A DNA stretch of 63,198 nucleotides, filler included, from Dugesia japonica (taxonomy: Eukaryota), in assembly GCA_001938525.1 (NCBI GenBank). It is 6 parts of 6 records of this genome, joined end to end, with 100 filler letters (N's around TTAATTAATTAA, not from the genome) between each part and the next. Parts side by side here need not be neighbours in the genome. Positions count along the whole stretch, not along the records: positions 23,146 to 31,451 come from MQRL01625971.1; positions 31,552 to 42,221 come from MQRL01576281.1; 4 more parts are not named here. The stretch is one strand, 5' to 3'. The first letter of the stretch is position 1. The number at the start of each line of letters is the position of its first letter. This document shows positions 24,670 to 37,203 of the stretch, one piece after another. A model generated the notes under the pieces. The model saw only the letters and a program-made list of their open reading frames with translations, was not told the origin of the DNA and did not search any database. A program made the translations under genes and the position numbers.

Positions 24670-27600
24670 CGATCCTTCGTGGTTTAGGGATTCCAGAATA
24701 AATTAAAAGCATCTGATGTAAGCTTAGAAATTTTAATATTTCCAAATGATCTTCATATCTGTATCCATTTTTCTTTAAATTGTGGAGTTCAACCTTTACT
24801 AGAACTTCTTCCCCTTCAACAAAATTCCGGTGTACTCTTTAATCTGATTCATATTCATTTAATTTCAGTGCCGCATTTTTAAAATTTTCATTAACTAATT
24901 TTCTAACTTCTCCACTATTTGTATTGTCAATTAGTAATGGTCCATGAATCATAATTTTTCTTCCATAAATTATTTCAAATGGCTATATTCTAGTTGCCTA
25001 TTGTTGGGTTGAATTAATTGAAAATTGAATTCGAGGAAATAGCTTATCTCAACTAATTTTTATACATCCACTTTTTTTTAGTGACAACCATATCACGTAG
25101 AGTCCTGATCGTTCTTTCTGCCAATCCGTTTGATTGATGTTGGTATGGAGACAAAAATTCTTGGGTAATTCCAAATTTCTGAGTCATTCCTTTCATCAGT
25201 TTTCCTTCAAATATCTTGCCTCTATCTGTCAGTGTGGATTTGAGCTTGCCGAATCTATATATCCAATTCTATTTTATTGATTCAACTACAGATTTTTCGT
25301 CTTTTTTGGCGATCGCTGACAGGCTAACAAGTTTGCTGTATTGATCTATAATGATTAAAACATACTTCTTCAAAATAAGCTATATCAATGACAATCTGTT
25401 CTAACGCTTTTTTATTGCAAATTAAGCATATTTTTAAACTCATGTTCAATTTTTCTGAACATATCTGGCCAAACATAAGTGGTTTGAATATATTCAGTTA
25501 ATTTTCTCGTTCCCAAGTGACATAATTCTTTATGAATGTAATTTAATAAATCAACCACTGATTTACCTGCTAAAACAATCCTCTTTGTATTTTTATCAAC
25601 AAACAGTATTATATCTTCTTTCATAACAAATTTATCAATATCTCTACAGTATTTACTTTTATTTAAATTTTTAGTAACTTGGAAACTTTTATCTTCAATA
25701 TATGCAATTATCTCTATGATAATTGCATCATAACTTTGAATTTTTATGATACTTTCTTTATCATAATTTGAGCTTTCTACAATATTTATTCTTCTAACTC
25801 TATATTTTTTACCTTTTGCATCGCGATGAGTCGACAAACATTGGGCACATAAACTTTCTCCTATTCTTGATAATCTATCAGCATTATCATGATCAATGCC
25901 TTCACAAAATTGAAGATCAAAAGCAAATTTGGCTAGGTTTGTAATCCACGTCTGGAACTGTGAACTAATTGGTTTACTTGTTTTCTTCATAAACACTAAA
26001 GCCTTATGCTCAGTTCTGGCTATGAACTTTTCCCGTAAAGATAATGCTTGAAATTAATAATAAATTCGTGTAACGCCAATAGTTCTTTTCTGGTTACACA
26101 ATAACCCTTTCAATGATCATTCAAATTACGAGATGCATAAGCAATAACAGTTTCCACACCATCTTTTGACAATTGACTTAAAACAGCACCAATTGCATTG
26201 AAACTACCATCTGTATCTAATATCATTTTGCTCTGAGGATTTAGAAATGCCAAGATTGGAGAACTACATAATTTTTCTTTTAGTAGTTTAAAGCTGCTGT
26301 CACATTATTCAGTCGACTCTATGACTTCTTTTAATTCAGTTATTACTGCATATAATGGACTGGCAATTGTTGCGTTATTTTTAATAAATCTACGATAATA
26401 ATTTGTCAATCCCAAGAAGGTTCGAATTTGAGTTGCATATTTTGGAATAACAGTCTTTTTTTTTATTAATAATGTCATCATTTGTTTCAAAACCTTTAGA
26501 ACTGATTGTATGGCCAAGAAATTTAAGTTTTTGATACACTAAATATACATTTTTCAGGATTAATTTTGAAACCAGATTGCTCAATTAGTTCCAACACATT
26601 TTGTAAATGTTTATTATAAATTTCTTGTGTCTGACCAAAAATTAAAATGCCATCAAGGTAAATGAGCACTAAAGTAAATAACATCTTGTTGAAAATTTTA
26701 TGCAATAACTCTTGAAATGTTGCATGAGCAGTGCATAATTTGAACAGCATGCGATTAAGGCAAAACTGTCCTATTTTTGTGCCGAAAACTGTTTTTAATT
26801 TTGATTTCTCAGTTAATTCAACGTTATAATATGCCTGTCCTAGATTAATTGATGAGAAAAACATTTAACCATTTAATGTATCCATTAACATATTTATATC
26901 TGCAACAGGAAATGAATATTTTCAGTTACCGAATTCAATTTTTTTAAATCAATGCCTATTTTCAGAGAACCATCTTTTTGGAACAATTATTAATGGAGAA
27001 TTCCATGTACTTCGACAAGGTTTTATAATATTTGCTGATAATAGATTTTGTATTAACTCGTCTATCTTGCCTTTTAATTGCATAGGTTGTTTTTTGGATT
27101 TATCAATACGGGTTCTCTTTTAGTTTCTATGTTATGCATTGTCATATTTGCTAACCTTACATCAAATTTTGAATTCATAAAAATGTGGTGATATTTATCA
27201 AGTAATTTAATTATGCTGTTGGTAAACAGAAAAACATTATAAAAATAAATATCTAAATATACAATAATTTTTCAAAAAATTAAATTTCTTAAAATTTGTA
27301 TTAATAAAATCTTTAAATAAAGATTAACAAAAATATTTGATTATTTAAATACATTAATTAAAATAAAAATCAACCTGTAAATACATCTAAAGTGCATGTG
27401 TGTAAATAATTATTTGGAAATCCAAATGTTGATTGCCAAATGGAATTTGTTCCGTGAGTTTGTGTGTTGTTAAATTTATCCAGTAATCAATGGAGTTTTA
27501 GAAAATCCAAAAGATAATTGCATGCATTATGTTTTATTTTTNTCTAACTAGATTTGTGTGTATTTGATTGCTGAAAAATCAGTATAAATACTGATTCAAT

Positions 27601-28260
27601 TTTAGTTTGAAACACCAAAAAAAATTATTTGTAAAAATAAATGAATTAAAATTTTGCAACATTTTTCTGAAAAGATTTAATGATTCAATAAAATTCATTT
27701 AAGAGACTATTTACATTTGTTATTTATTCTGCAAGATGGACCTTTGCCTGATTAGTGGAACCAGGTCATTTTCTAATATTCAAGAAAATTTAGTACGTTC
27801 AAGATTATTGTTGAAAAAACACTCAACAATTCTATTGCTGATATTTAACTTGAGTGTATTCATTTTTTTAGTACTATGTTTCTTATGTTTGCATATAACA
27901 TTTTTTGAATTTATGTAATTGATTTCTTTTATTTCCATTCTAAACGCTTCCATTATATTGACATCATCAATAAAATGTAGACAAATGTCTTTAAAAATAC
28001 ATATTTCGTTCTCTATATGCTTTTTATTCCAAATTAATTTAATTCTAGCTTTTCCTAGCTTTTCACTTTTTTCAGAAAATACTCCAGCTAGCATTACATT
28101 TGAAAATCAAATTTTAGGTGAGCCAATCTTCTTCCAAATTTCCTCACTCATCACTGAGACAGACGCTCCTGAATCCCATAACATCTCTACACTAATTCTA
28201 TTACGATTTGCACTTCTCCAATTGCTATCATCATGTTTTTGATACATCAGTTTAACATCA
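24670..28260 (-). pseudogene. pol: Gypsy pol (protease, RT, RNase H, integrase), multiply disrupted; AT-rich insert ~27200-27760
   Basis: LWDSGASVSV; WNSPLIIVPK; IYLDGILIF; FLGLTNYYRRFI; DTDGS..IGAVLSQ; NADRLSR; HKELCHLG; TDRGKIFE; NGLAERTIRT. Confidence 0.92.
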
Positions 28261-28362
28261 GGTCTTCTATCCATATCTCGATTTTTCTCTTTAAAGTTTT
28301 TCTATGCAATCTCACTGACGAAATGGGCACAGCGGGTTACTGGACATTTTTTTCATTATTTT

Positions 28363-29450
28363 CTAAGATATTATTGCATCATGTTTAAAATCAATTAAGG
28401 AGTCACATTCATTTAAGGATTCTTCCCTTTCTTGTTCTGCTATACATAATATTCNTTGGTTATTATGCCCTCTTTGTAATAGTGCANAATTTCTGAAAGC
28501 CNGGCNTTCTTTACCGCATATTAAACACCTATTTTTTAAAGTACAGTTTATTCTTCTATGGTTTGTTTCTCCACAGCAAAAACAAGCACCATGCTGTAAA
28601 AATTCTACACTTGGAGGAGCCTTACCATCAAATCTATTATAAATTTTTGTTGCTACATATTTCAGAGAATAATTTGGAAATTTTCTTCTTTTTTCTTCAT
28701 TTATATCTTTTAACTGTTGCATATTATTACCAATCGTTGAATCGTTTGTCGGTTTTCTAGAAATTGTATAATATTTTGGAGTATTTTCTTTGTGATGAAA
28801 ATATTGTCTTCCGTAATTATTTCCCATTTTATTAAATTTTTGTTCAAAAGCTGATTTCTTAATAGCACTTGCATAGCTTTCGTTGACATTTGCATTACTT
28901 TTCGCTACAAATTTATCGAGGTTTGCAGCCGATTCTCGACGTTTTTCGTCATTTAACTCTGGTTGGAGTGCAAAGGATTCTTTTAACTTTTCACTTCTTA
29001 ATCTATTCAGAATAAAAAATCTTGATATCTCCTCTGGTGATTGTCGGTTTTCAAATATATCGTGGACAAGTGTTTTTAATCTTATCGCAAAATTTCGATA
29101 TTTTTCATCAGTCCTTTGTTTAACTGATGATAGATCTGTAATTTTTCAACCAGCGATGTATCAATAATAAATTTTGATCGAAACTAAGTTTCGAAATTTT
29201 CATTTGTATTGAAGTCATCATTTGTGTTCGTTTCTTGCCACAATTTCTTGGCATCGCTTTGTATTAGAATATCAAATGCAAAAGAAATTCCATTTGATTA
29301 AATATGACAAATTTCTTGGAGGTTTAAATTCAATCTTTAGCAGTATCTGAAGAACCATAAAAAATGTAAGCTTCGGAATAAGCATTTCTTGAGTAGCTTG
29401 TGGACGATTTTTAAAAATCTTTTGTCGCTCTTCTTTCCTTTGCCTAGTAA
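28363..29450 (-). pseudogene. gag: Gypsy gag with two CCHC zinc knuckles
   Basis: CFCCGETNHRRINC and CLICGKExxAFRNx. Confidence 0.85.
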
Positions 29451-29639
29451 TGGCACTAACTTCTACGTGGTCGCCAGTTAGATTTTTTAGACATTTTCAA
29501 AGTTTTTTTAAAAATTAAATAAATCAATATTATTTAAACAAATATGTTTAGATATTATACCTAAAAGATTTAGTTATAGAAAATTTTAACTTAGAGTTTA
29601 GTCTTTAAATATACTTTTATTCTATTTTTACTCATCAAT

Positions 29640-31010
29640 TTTTTGGATTTCTAGGATTTTGATAATAGATTCAGCCTATTCTCTTTCTCTAATTTTATTC
29701 GCAATTTATTATTATGACAGCAAAAATAGGGGCATACCTAGAAACCTCAAGCGTTTGTAACACTTCTGTGTCATGCCCCCCGTTTCTCGGGCTCAGTGCA
29801 TCTTTAAAGTATCGCTTCTTACTCTCTTGATTGATATGGGCAACCTCATTAAAAATTCGGCTGAGAAACAATTTTATACAGACAACGATGTGAATTATAA
29901 ACATGGTCATACATGTTTAAACAAGACACGTGAATTTAACTCGGCATCTTTAACATTTATTTATTTATTTACACCGATGGCCATTACGCATCCAGATCCA
30001 CAGATGGTTCCTTTCCATCCCCATCTTCCTGTGTTGGCTGGTAATTGAGCCACAATGTCCAAAGTGTGTTGAGCATTGCGATTCGCATATATTTTTTAAT
30101 CACATTCGCCATGCGTCTTTTAGCCTGTTAGTTCCTTTTCTTTTATTAGCTGTCTTTTCAAAATGAGTATTTCTTTGCGCAATTCACGCTGATTCTTGTT
30201 TCACCGTTTCTGCATCTGGAGAACTTCTTTCTTAAATACTGTTTCTTCAGTTTACTTGTTCACTAAATTATCAGCACTATAGGTGAGTATGTTAATTAAA
30301 GAAGATCGAAACGTTGTTTAATAAAAAATGGTTTATTCCGACAATTATTTTCTAGTCGGTAGACAAATATTATTTAGCTTATTGCGCGGCTTTTAATTAA
30401 TATCGTTTCATTCATATTCACACTTTGAGAATAAAAATTGGCTTTCTATATATTCAAAATGGATATTTAAAACAGAGTATAGCGTCGTGTCACGGCCTCT
30501 GCAATTGAACTCACAAGAGAAAAGTTTAATATAACATTTTGACTTTTCATGAAATACCTATCACACTAGTCCAATAACTTATTTAAACGAGCAACACTAA
30601 TTCTACAAGAAAACGCAACATTTGCAACATCCTTTTAGTTATTCCCTATTAGAGGAGCTTGGATAACAGCTCAATTTCCTGCATCATCTGTTGACAGCGA
30701 TATAATTCGCTTCTTCATTTGTCCCAACAGTACTCCATGTTCCATATTTTGTCAGATCAGCGCAACAGGTTCTTTTGGTATGAATCTCATCTCCTGGCGT
30801 AGTCCTGCAAGCTCAGCCTCGTTGCTGAACGGCCTGGGACTCGACCAATTGCTGCAGTAGAACTCTACATATTTCAGCTAATTTAGCACAACAATGCTAA
30901 ATGGCCACCTTTTTCTTCTCATAGATCATTTTACGCTCGTCTGTTAATTCTGCGGCGCATCGCTATCGGATCCAAAAGGTTTCTTCATCTCCATCATTCA
31001 TGAGTACTAG
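29640..31010 (-). mobile_element. Decayed cluster of small orphan ORFs, repeated at 52931-53700 and probably 41906-42148
   Basis: 29729-29830 matches 53022-53120; 30090-30275 translates NLVNK.TEETVFKKEVLQMQKR..RELRKEILILK, matching ORF 53399-53677. Confidence 0.65.
29729..29779 (-). ncRNA. Candidate 51-nt three-way-junction structured element (second copy 53022-53072)
   Basis: GGGGCAU/AUGCCCC closing two hairpins; all 8 differences between copies preserve the fold, including one compensatory pair. Confidence 0.5.
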
Positions 31011-31551
31011 TGGGATGTTCTGATGGTAATATTCAGTCATATTATGTTAATAAATAAAGTTAACGACATTTATTATTTCAATCATCGATAATTTCTTTCA
31101 AATAGTCAAATTTTGAATACAATTAGTGAATTTTTGGCCTCCAGCCTATTGGGTCTCTTTCCTCCATTCCTGGAGACTGAAATACTTTTCGTATTAAATA
31201 AATCATTTTCTCTGCCTAATTTTCATCCTTTAATAAATTGTTGAGATGAATTCAAGACTATTACTAACACAAATCAACAATTGCGCTGGTAGATTTTAAA
31301 AGAGATTTTTGGCAATAATCCAGGTATCGTTATATTATACTTATATAGATTCTCCTATAAACTTTAATAAAGTTATTATAGATATTTCATTAAAATAAGA
31401 TAAGGCTTCGATCAAAACAAAACAAAATTTATTTGTAAAAAAAGTTCAAATNNNNNNNNNNNNNNNNNNNNNNNNNNNNNNNNNNNNNNNNNNNNTTAAT
31501 TAATTAANNNNNNNNNNNNNNNNNNNNNNNNNNNNNNNNNNNNNNNNNNNN

Positions 31552-31617
<66 letters not shown>
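31552..31617. repeat. (AAT)n microsatellite (also 32340-32505, 42155-42221, 55247-55325, 58435-58509, 63128-63198)
   Basis: Direct reading. Confidence 0.95.
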
Positions 31618-31618
<1 letters not shown>

Positions 31619-31842
31619 GCATTAACAGTTTGAATGTTATTATATATTCAATGGTTATTCTAAATTATTATTAGATTGTTTTTATTAAATCTATTTAAAT
31701 ATAGATGCGAGATAAAACGAAAGTGTGTAAAAAGAAAATTAAATACATAGATATTTAAAACTTCTAAGAATTCTAATAAATTTGGTAAAATTCGAAATTA
31801 AGAAAATAATAAAAATAAAAAAATTATACTTTTGAAACTTAC

Positions 31843-32336
31843 TATTCTGCAGAATCAATTAATTGATATTCTGCTGATCTTTGAAAACATGATTGTATGC
31901 CTTTATCTTTCCATAGGTTAACCATGGAATTATACAATGTTTCATTAAGAGGTCCACTCGATTCTACAGTTCCAGCCAACTGAAGTAAAGTTTGAGCATC
32001 ATTCTAAAATTAAAATAAAATACATTAAGTATTAATTACTTTAAAGTATATTTTACTAATCGTTCGGGATCCGTAAAATCAATATTAAGTTTCGCCATAG
32101 CTCTGATGATAACTATAAGACTTTGTATAGTATTACTAAATATCAATGATCGAAATCCTAATCTTTCTGCTTCCGAGTGACCGTTATCAACAATTAACCT
32201 ACAAAGGCAAATAATCAACATTATTAATATCTTAAATAAACTTATCTTGTCAAAATTCTCGGTAATTAATTTAGAGTATTCATTTTATATTAGAAATGAA
32301 TATAAATTTTATTATAAAAGTTAAACAATATATAAA

Positions 32337-32388
<52 letters not shown>

Positions 32389-32438
32389 NNNNNNNNNNNN
32401 NNNNNNNNNNNNNNNNNNNNNNNNNNNNNNNNNNNNNN

Positions 32439-32493
<55 letters not shown>

Positions 32494-32788
32494 TTAATAA
32501 TAATATAAATAAAAAATAACAAAACTAATTATTATGTATACATTTATATTAATTTGAAATTAGATTTAGCTAAAATTACTTCATCTGTTTGACAACTGTA
32601 CTTTTACCAGATTCTCCAGTACCTTAAATTGAAATGAATTAATTAATATTACTTAAATAATACAAACCTAAAAGTAAAAGTTTCACTATTCTATAGCGCT
32701 GCTTTGCTTCATGCTTTAATTCTTTATCTATTTTATGAGAGATTTCATTTTTTTCTAGTTCCTCTGGTCTGCCTAATAAACAACCCAT
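31843..32788 (-). CDS. Heterotrimeric G protein alpha subunit (divergent Gi/o-like), exons 1-4: 32668-32788, 32580-32622, 32057-32198, 31843-32003; 3' part off scaffold
   Basis: MGC start; KLLLLGTGESGKSTVVKQMK P-loop; [36 protein letters not shown]; GT-AG introns at conserved G-alpha positions (43- and 142-nt exons). Confidence 0.95.
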
Positions 32789-34339
32789 GATATTCTAAAA
32801 TATTTTAGTTATTTAAATCGAAATTAAGTGTTTATAATTATCCCTTGATAATTTAAAACAAACATACATTACATTTATTTTTAAGAATATTTTATATTTA
32901 TATAATTAATAACTACTTTTAATGTTATGTTTAAATGTTTCTTTGAAAATTTTTTACTAATTTTAATTTTATTAATTTAATATTTGTAAAATAAATTTTT
33001 TTTCTTATGAAGTTAAAATTAGCTTTCTTATAGGGCATTGGTAAAAATATTTTATAAAATATATTTTTAATTATTTTAATTTGAAAAATGTAAAATGAAA
33101 TATCATTCAATTAATAAATAAAATCAAAATTTTGATTTAAATATAAAATTAGAGAAAATAGATCATTATCACTTTCTTCGTTTGTTTAAATATTCTAATT
33201 ATAATTGATAAATTGTCGTAAATTTATTGAATTGTTTATTTTAATAATTTTATTGTTTTTTCTAATTTCTTCTACATATTATAGAAATTTTGATTAAATA
33301 TTTGCATTAGTATTTGAACTCACTAGATTTTAAATTCTTTTTATTAAGTAAAACCGATGTTTTACATACCAGGAAATATCATTGCAATTTATCAAATTTA
33401 ATTATTTTCTAGAATAGAACTAGGAGACTTAGAAATGATAGAACCTGTACACTGGCTAAATTATAAAATAAGTACATAGTAAAATAGATCGTGTGATTAA
33501 TTTTCAAAGCATGAGAATTTTTGAATGGTCAAAATTTCGATAAATTTGCAGTATTTATTGCTTGTATAATTTCATTTAATAACAGTGCGGTTAAAAATAG
33601 AATTTTTTAAAAAATATTACTAAAATTTTTGCAATTACAATTGATTTTTATTGTTTTAATATTAAATAAATAAAAATCTCAGATAAAAAAAGATTCTCTT
33701 TTATTTCTTATTAGAGATTCAAATTTTCGACAATAATTTTTTTAAGTGATTTAAGGGAATCATGTTGGACTTCCAATAAGAAATGAAAATAACATGTAAA
33801 CAATTTATTGAAACGTTTTTATTTATTTTATTTCTCAATTATTTTATTCAGTAATTCTTGTCTATTCATGCATTTTTATTTTTGATTTCTGAAATTTATA
33901 TCGAATTTATTTTTTAATAAAATTCAAATAAGAGTATTTTTACAATAACAATTATTGCGAAAATAATTGTTGGACTTTGATCGCATTTGAGATTTCGTTA
34001 AATTAAAAGCTTCGATCAAAATTTTGTTTATTTTTTTATGGAGGTTTTGCGATTCTGTGCAGTGAGTAAATCTAAAAAGAGAAAAAGTAAAACCTTGGTA
34101 AATAATGAATTATATTCATCATAATTTTATGATAGTTGTCTGTATAATTATTTACAGCTACACAAATTTAATATTTCAAATATATTTTGATTTTAAAATT
34201 GAAATATTTTTTTGAAACTTTTCAATTTTATTATTTTAATTTTGACACAAATGATAAAAATGAATTAGAATATTTTTGCATAGATAAAGTAAGAGGAAAG
34301 TACATTCAAATAGTATTTGATTATTCAATCCATCATACA

Positions 34340-34580
34340 AATTTCTAACTTAACTCAAAAAATTATAATTCAATACATAAAAATTACATAGAAGTCATTA
34401 AAAATTATTAAAGATTTACTAGAAGTTAATAAAAGTTTTCAAAAATTACATAAAAATCAATAGAAAATATCATTTGTCACGCTAAAAATGCATTCCATCA
34501 CATAAAAATTACAATCCATCAAACAAAAAATACATTTCATCACATAAAATTCTAAGACAGTACATAAAATGATAAATCAT
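34340..34580. repeat. Inverted piece of the 21-bp array found at 17890-20125
   Basis: cattccatcacataaaaattacaatccatcaaac is the reverse complement of the tgtgatgga(t/a)t units. Confidence 0.7.
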
Positions 34581-34581
34581 C

Positions 34582-34829
34582 AGTAGGTAGATTGGTCAGC
34601 ACGACCCCATCATTTTGATTGGTCATTTCTGCTACACTCCCCTCCACTCTCAGATCGATAGTTATTGATTTTTGATCTGAATTATTATTGATTTTTAAAG
34701 TGATTTTTTATGTGTAAGTTCGTTTTTCAGTGCTAGATTGATGGGGTTGGGGAGGTTGGAAAGGAATAGATAAGTGTGTGTTGGAATTGACCAATCAAAA
34801 TAATGAGTTCATGCTTACCAATTCACCGT
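34582..34829. repeat. ~250-bp fold-back inverted repeat (MITE-like or terminal hairpin)
   Basis: ggtagattggtcagcacgaccccatcattttgattggtca pairs imperfectly with tgaccaatcaaaataatgagttcatgcttaccaattcacc. Confidence 0.8.
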
Positions 34830-35582
34830 GGATTTGTTTAAATTAAGTCTAGTTGTTGGAATTTCAAATATTTTGTTTTAATTAACAAATAAATTAAGCG
34901 GGAAATTCAAACTTCAAAAAAAAATTCAAATAGTTTTTCTTTTTTTTGAAATTTTTTCTTCTTTTTTTTATGTCCTCTATCTTTTATTGATTTTTAAAAA
35001 TTTTTTATTGGGTTTCGATGTTGTATTGGAATAGGGATTTTTAATCTGTATCTGATGGCAGATAACTTTTTACAAAAATATTCCTGTTAGTTACAGTGAC
35101 GTGTTTTCAGATTTCAGTTAATTGGTTCCAGTGTTGCGATTTTTTTTGCATATGGATGATTTTGCTTTGATTGGAAGAGGAACACGGAGGAAAGGTGATG
35201 TTGAAAAGGTTTAGTAATTCCTATGTGATGGTGCATGTTTATGTGTAAAAAAATTTATTTTTTGAAAATCGCGACAGAATGAGTGACGGGTGATAATTTT
35301 CGGATTTCGAAGGTATATTTGAGTTTGCTAACAAAATCGGTCTATAGGTTGTCAAAAGTGACTATGAGCTAAAATGTTTGTGTGCTACATGAATGCAGCT
35401 TTTGTGTTGCAAAAATGAGTTTCATGTATATTTTTAAGGTTTTACGAGCTTGAAAAAATGAAATAAATCATTTATTAGATTTTTTTATAAGTTAATAGTA
35501 TAAATCAATAAATTATTAATAATAATTAATTATTTTTCATGCATTACTTCAGTAACAGTCTTGTTTTCTTTACATACCGTTA

Positions 35583-35870
35583 CATTACCTTCTCCCCATA
35601 CAACAGTCCAATAGAACGAATCTATTAAGGTCAGATAGCACACGATCGAGTCCGTTCATAATTGAACTTATCGACCAGTTTGCGTAGTTTTAAGTAGGCA
35701 AAGCTCGATTTACAGTGTGTGCATCTGTGGAAACAATGTTTCAGTCCGTTCACATCCGGACATAAATTGAACACCTACAATTGTATAAAAACAATCAGTC
35801 ATCATCGTTAATAATTGACTAGACTCAGATCCGCAAAATGGTAAGGAATTTCAACGTAATTGTTACTTAT
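35583..35870 (-). pseudogene. Relic of a small spliced orphan gene, copy 2
   Basis: NSLPFCGSESSQLL..GCERTETLFPQM..LKLRKLVDKFNYERTR..IRSIGL, AAG|gtaat donor. Confidence 0.55.
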
Positions 35871-37203
35871 TCAATATATGACATATTTTATATTATTTAG
35901 CACATATTAGACATCTTTGATAAATTTTTGACCATATTAATGGAACCTTTAATCTTCATAGACGATTTAATAATGGAACCTTAAATAAAATTGACTATAT
36001 AATTAATGAACCTTTAAATAACAGTTACCTATATCTCAATTTATAGTAAATTAACTTAAAAAGTAATATATATAAATTTAACATAGAAAAAAATATATTC
36101 TCACACTTTTTAATTCTCTATTTTAAATATGAAATAGAAAAATCCATATATTTATTGATTTTTTAATTTCATTACCATAAATCAAGATATGATAATAAAT
36201 ATTCCCTCAGTAAACAAATTTAGTTTAATATAATACGGTTTGATTCATTCAAATTTATAAAGTTTTGTAGGGTTTTAAAGAATTATATGAAATTGTTTTG
36301 GGCTGTAAAGATTTTTATTGAATTTTGTTATTAAATGATAAGATTTTATAGTATTTCGTGATTTTTAGGGGTTTTCCAGGTTTTTTTAGATTTTATATTC
36401 ATTATGGTTTCTATAAGAATTTTATTAAGGGTTTTTATATAGATTAAAGTATTATATGATTTTATATGGTCTTTATATAGTTTTATAGGACACTGCAACA
36501 CAAATTTATGTAACAAAAAACAATCTAACACGAATGCAATGAAAACAAAGAAAATGTAACATGAATGCAAGTACATAAGTAACATGGGTCATACCTGTTC
36601 AAGGAATGTAATACAATTGCAAGTTAGACAAATATAAGGGTTAATTATAAAGGGGTTTTTTGATTTACTAATCTTTTTAAGAGTTGACTAGAATTTTCCA
36701 TGGTTTTTAGGGTTTTCTTATAAATATTCCTCTTTGAGTTTCTAATAATAATCGTTATAATAATTATTAAATTAATAATATTAAAAATATTTAGAATATT
36801 GATTTTGTTTTACTGTTTCAATTTAATTAAAAAGCAGGTGTATGTTTTATTTCATATATAAACGAAGTACATGTTGGGTTCCATCATAATTTGAAAAAGA
36901 AGAAAGTAACTTACATGATCAAAATTCCCTTTTTAAAATTTCTTATAGAAATGGTGAACATATTTATAAGTTTCAATTATGTTGAAGTATAATTTTTGTT
37001 ATTTTCATTTATTTATCGAGTTTAATCATGATTTTATTAATTTGATTTTAATATAATATTACTTTTATGAGTTTTATTACCATTTTATATATTTTTAATG
37101 ATGATTATATTACAAATTATATAAGATCAATATACTTTTAGATAATTGTGAATTTTACAACTAATGTACTGGCACAAGACATAATTTTTGCTACCATGAA
37201 ACA

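Larger units (their letters stand above)
24563..29563 (-). mobile_element. Decayed Ty3/Gypsy LTR retrotransposon with very short residual LTRs
   Basis: Direct repeats 24563-24640 and 29488-29563; PBS TGGCGACCACG (minus strand, 29466-29476); purine tract near 24665-24675; gag-PR-RT-RH-IN order. Confidence 0.92.

Noticed and set aside
29729-29830. HDV-like or hammerhead ribozyme assignment for the GGGGCAT element
   Set aside because: No P1.1 GG, P4 or catalytic C junction, and no CUGANGA/GAAA core.
30300-30325. gatcgaaacgttgtttaataaa resembling a Penelope hammerhead 3' half
   Set aside because: No upstream CUGANGA core found.
32280-32522. Poly-Ile/poly-Tyr ORFs (also 42065-42277, 58270-58747)
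   Set aside because: Translations of AAT microsatellites and N gaps.
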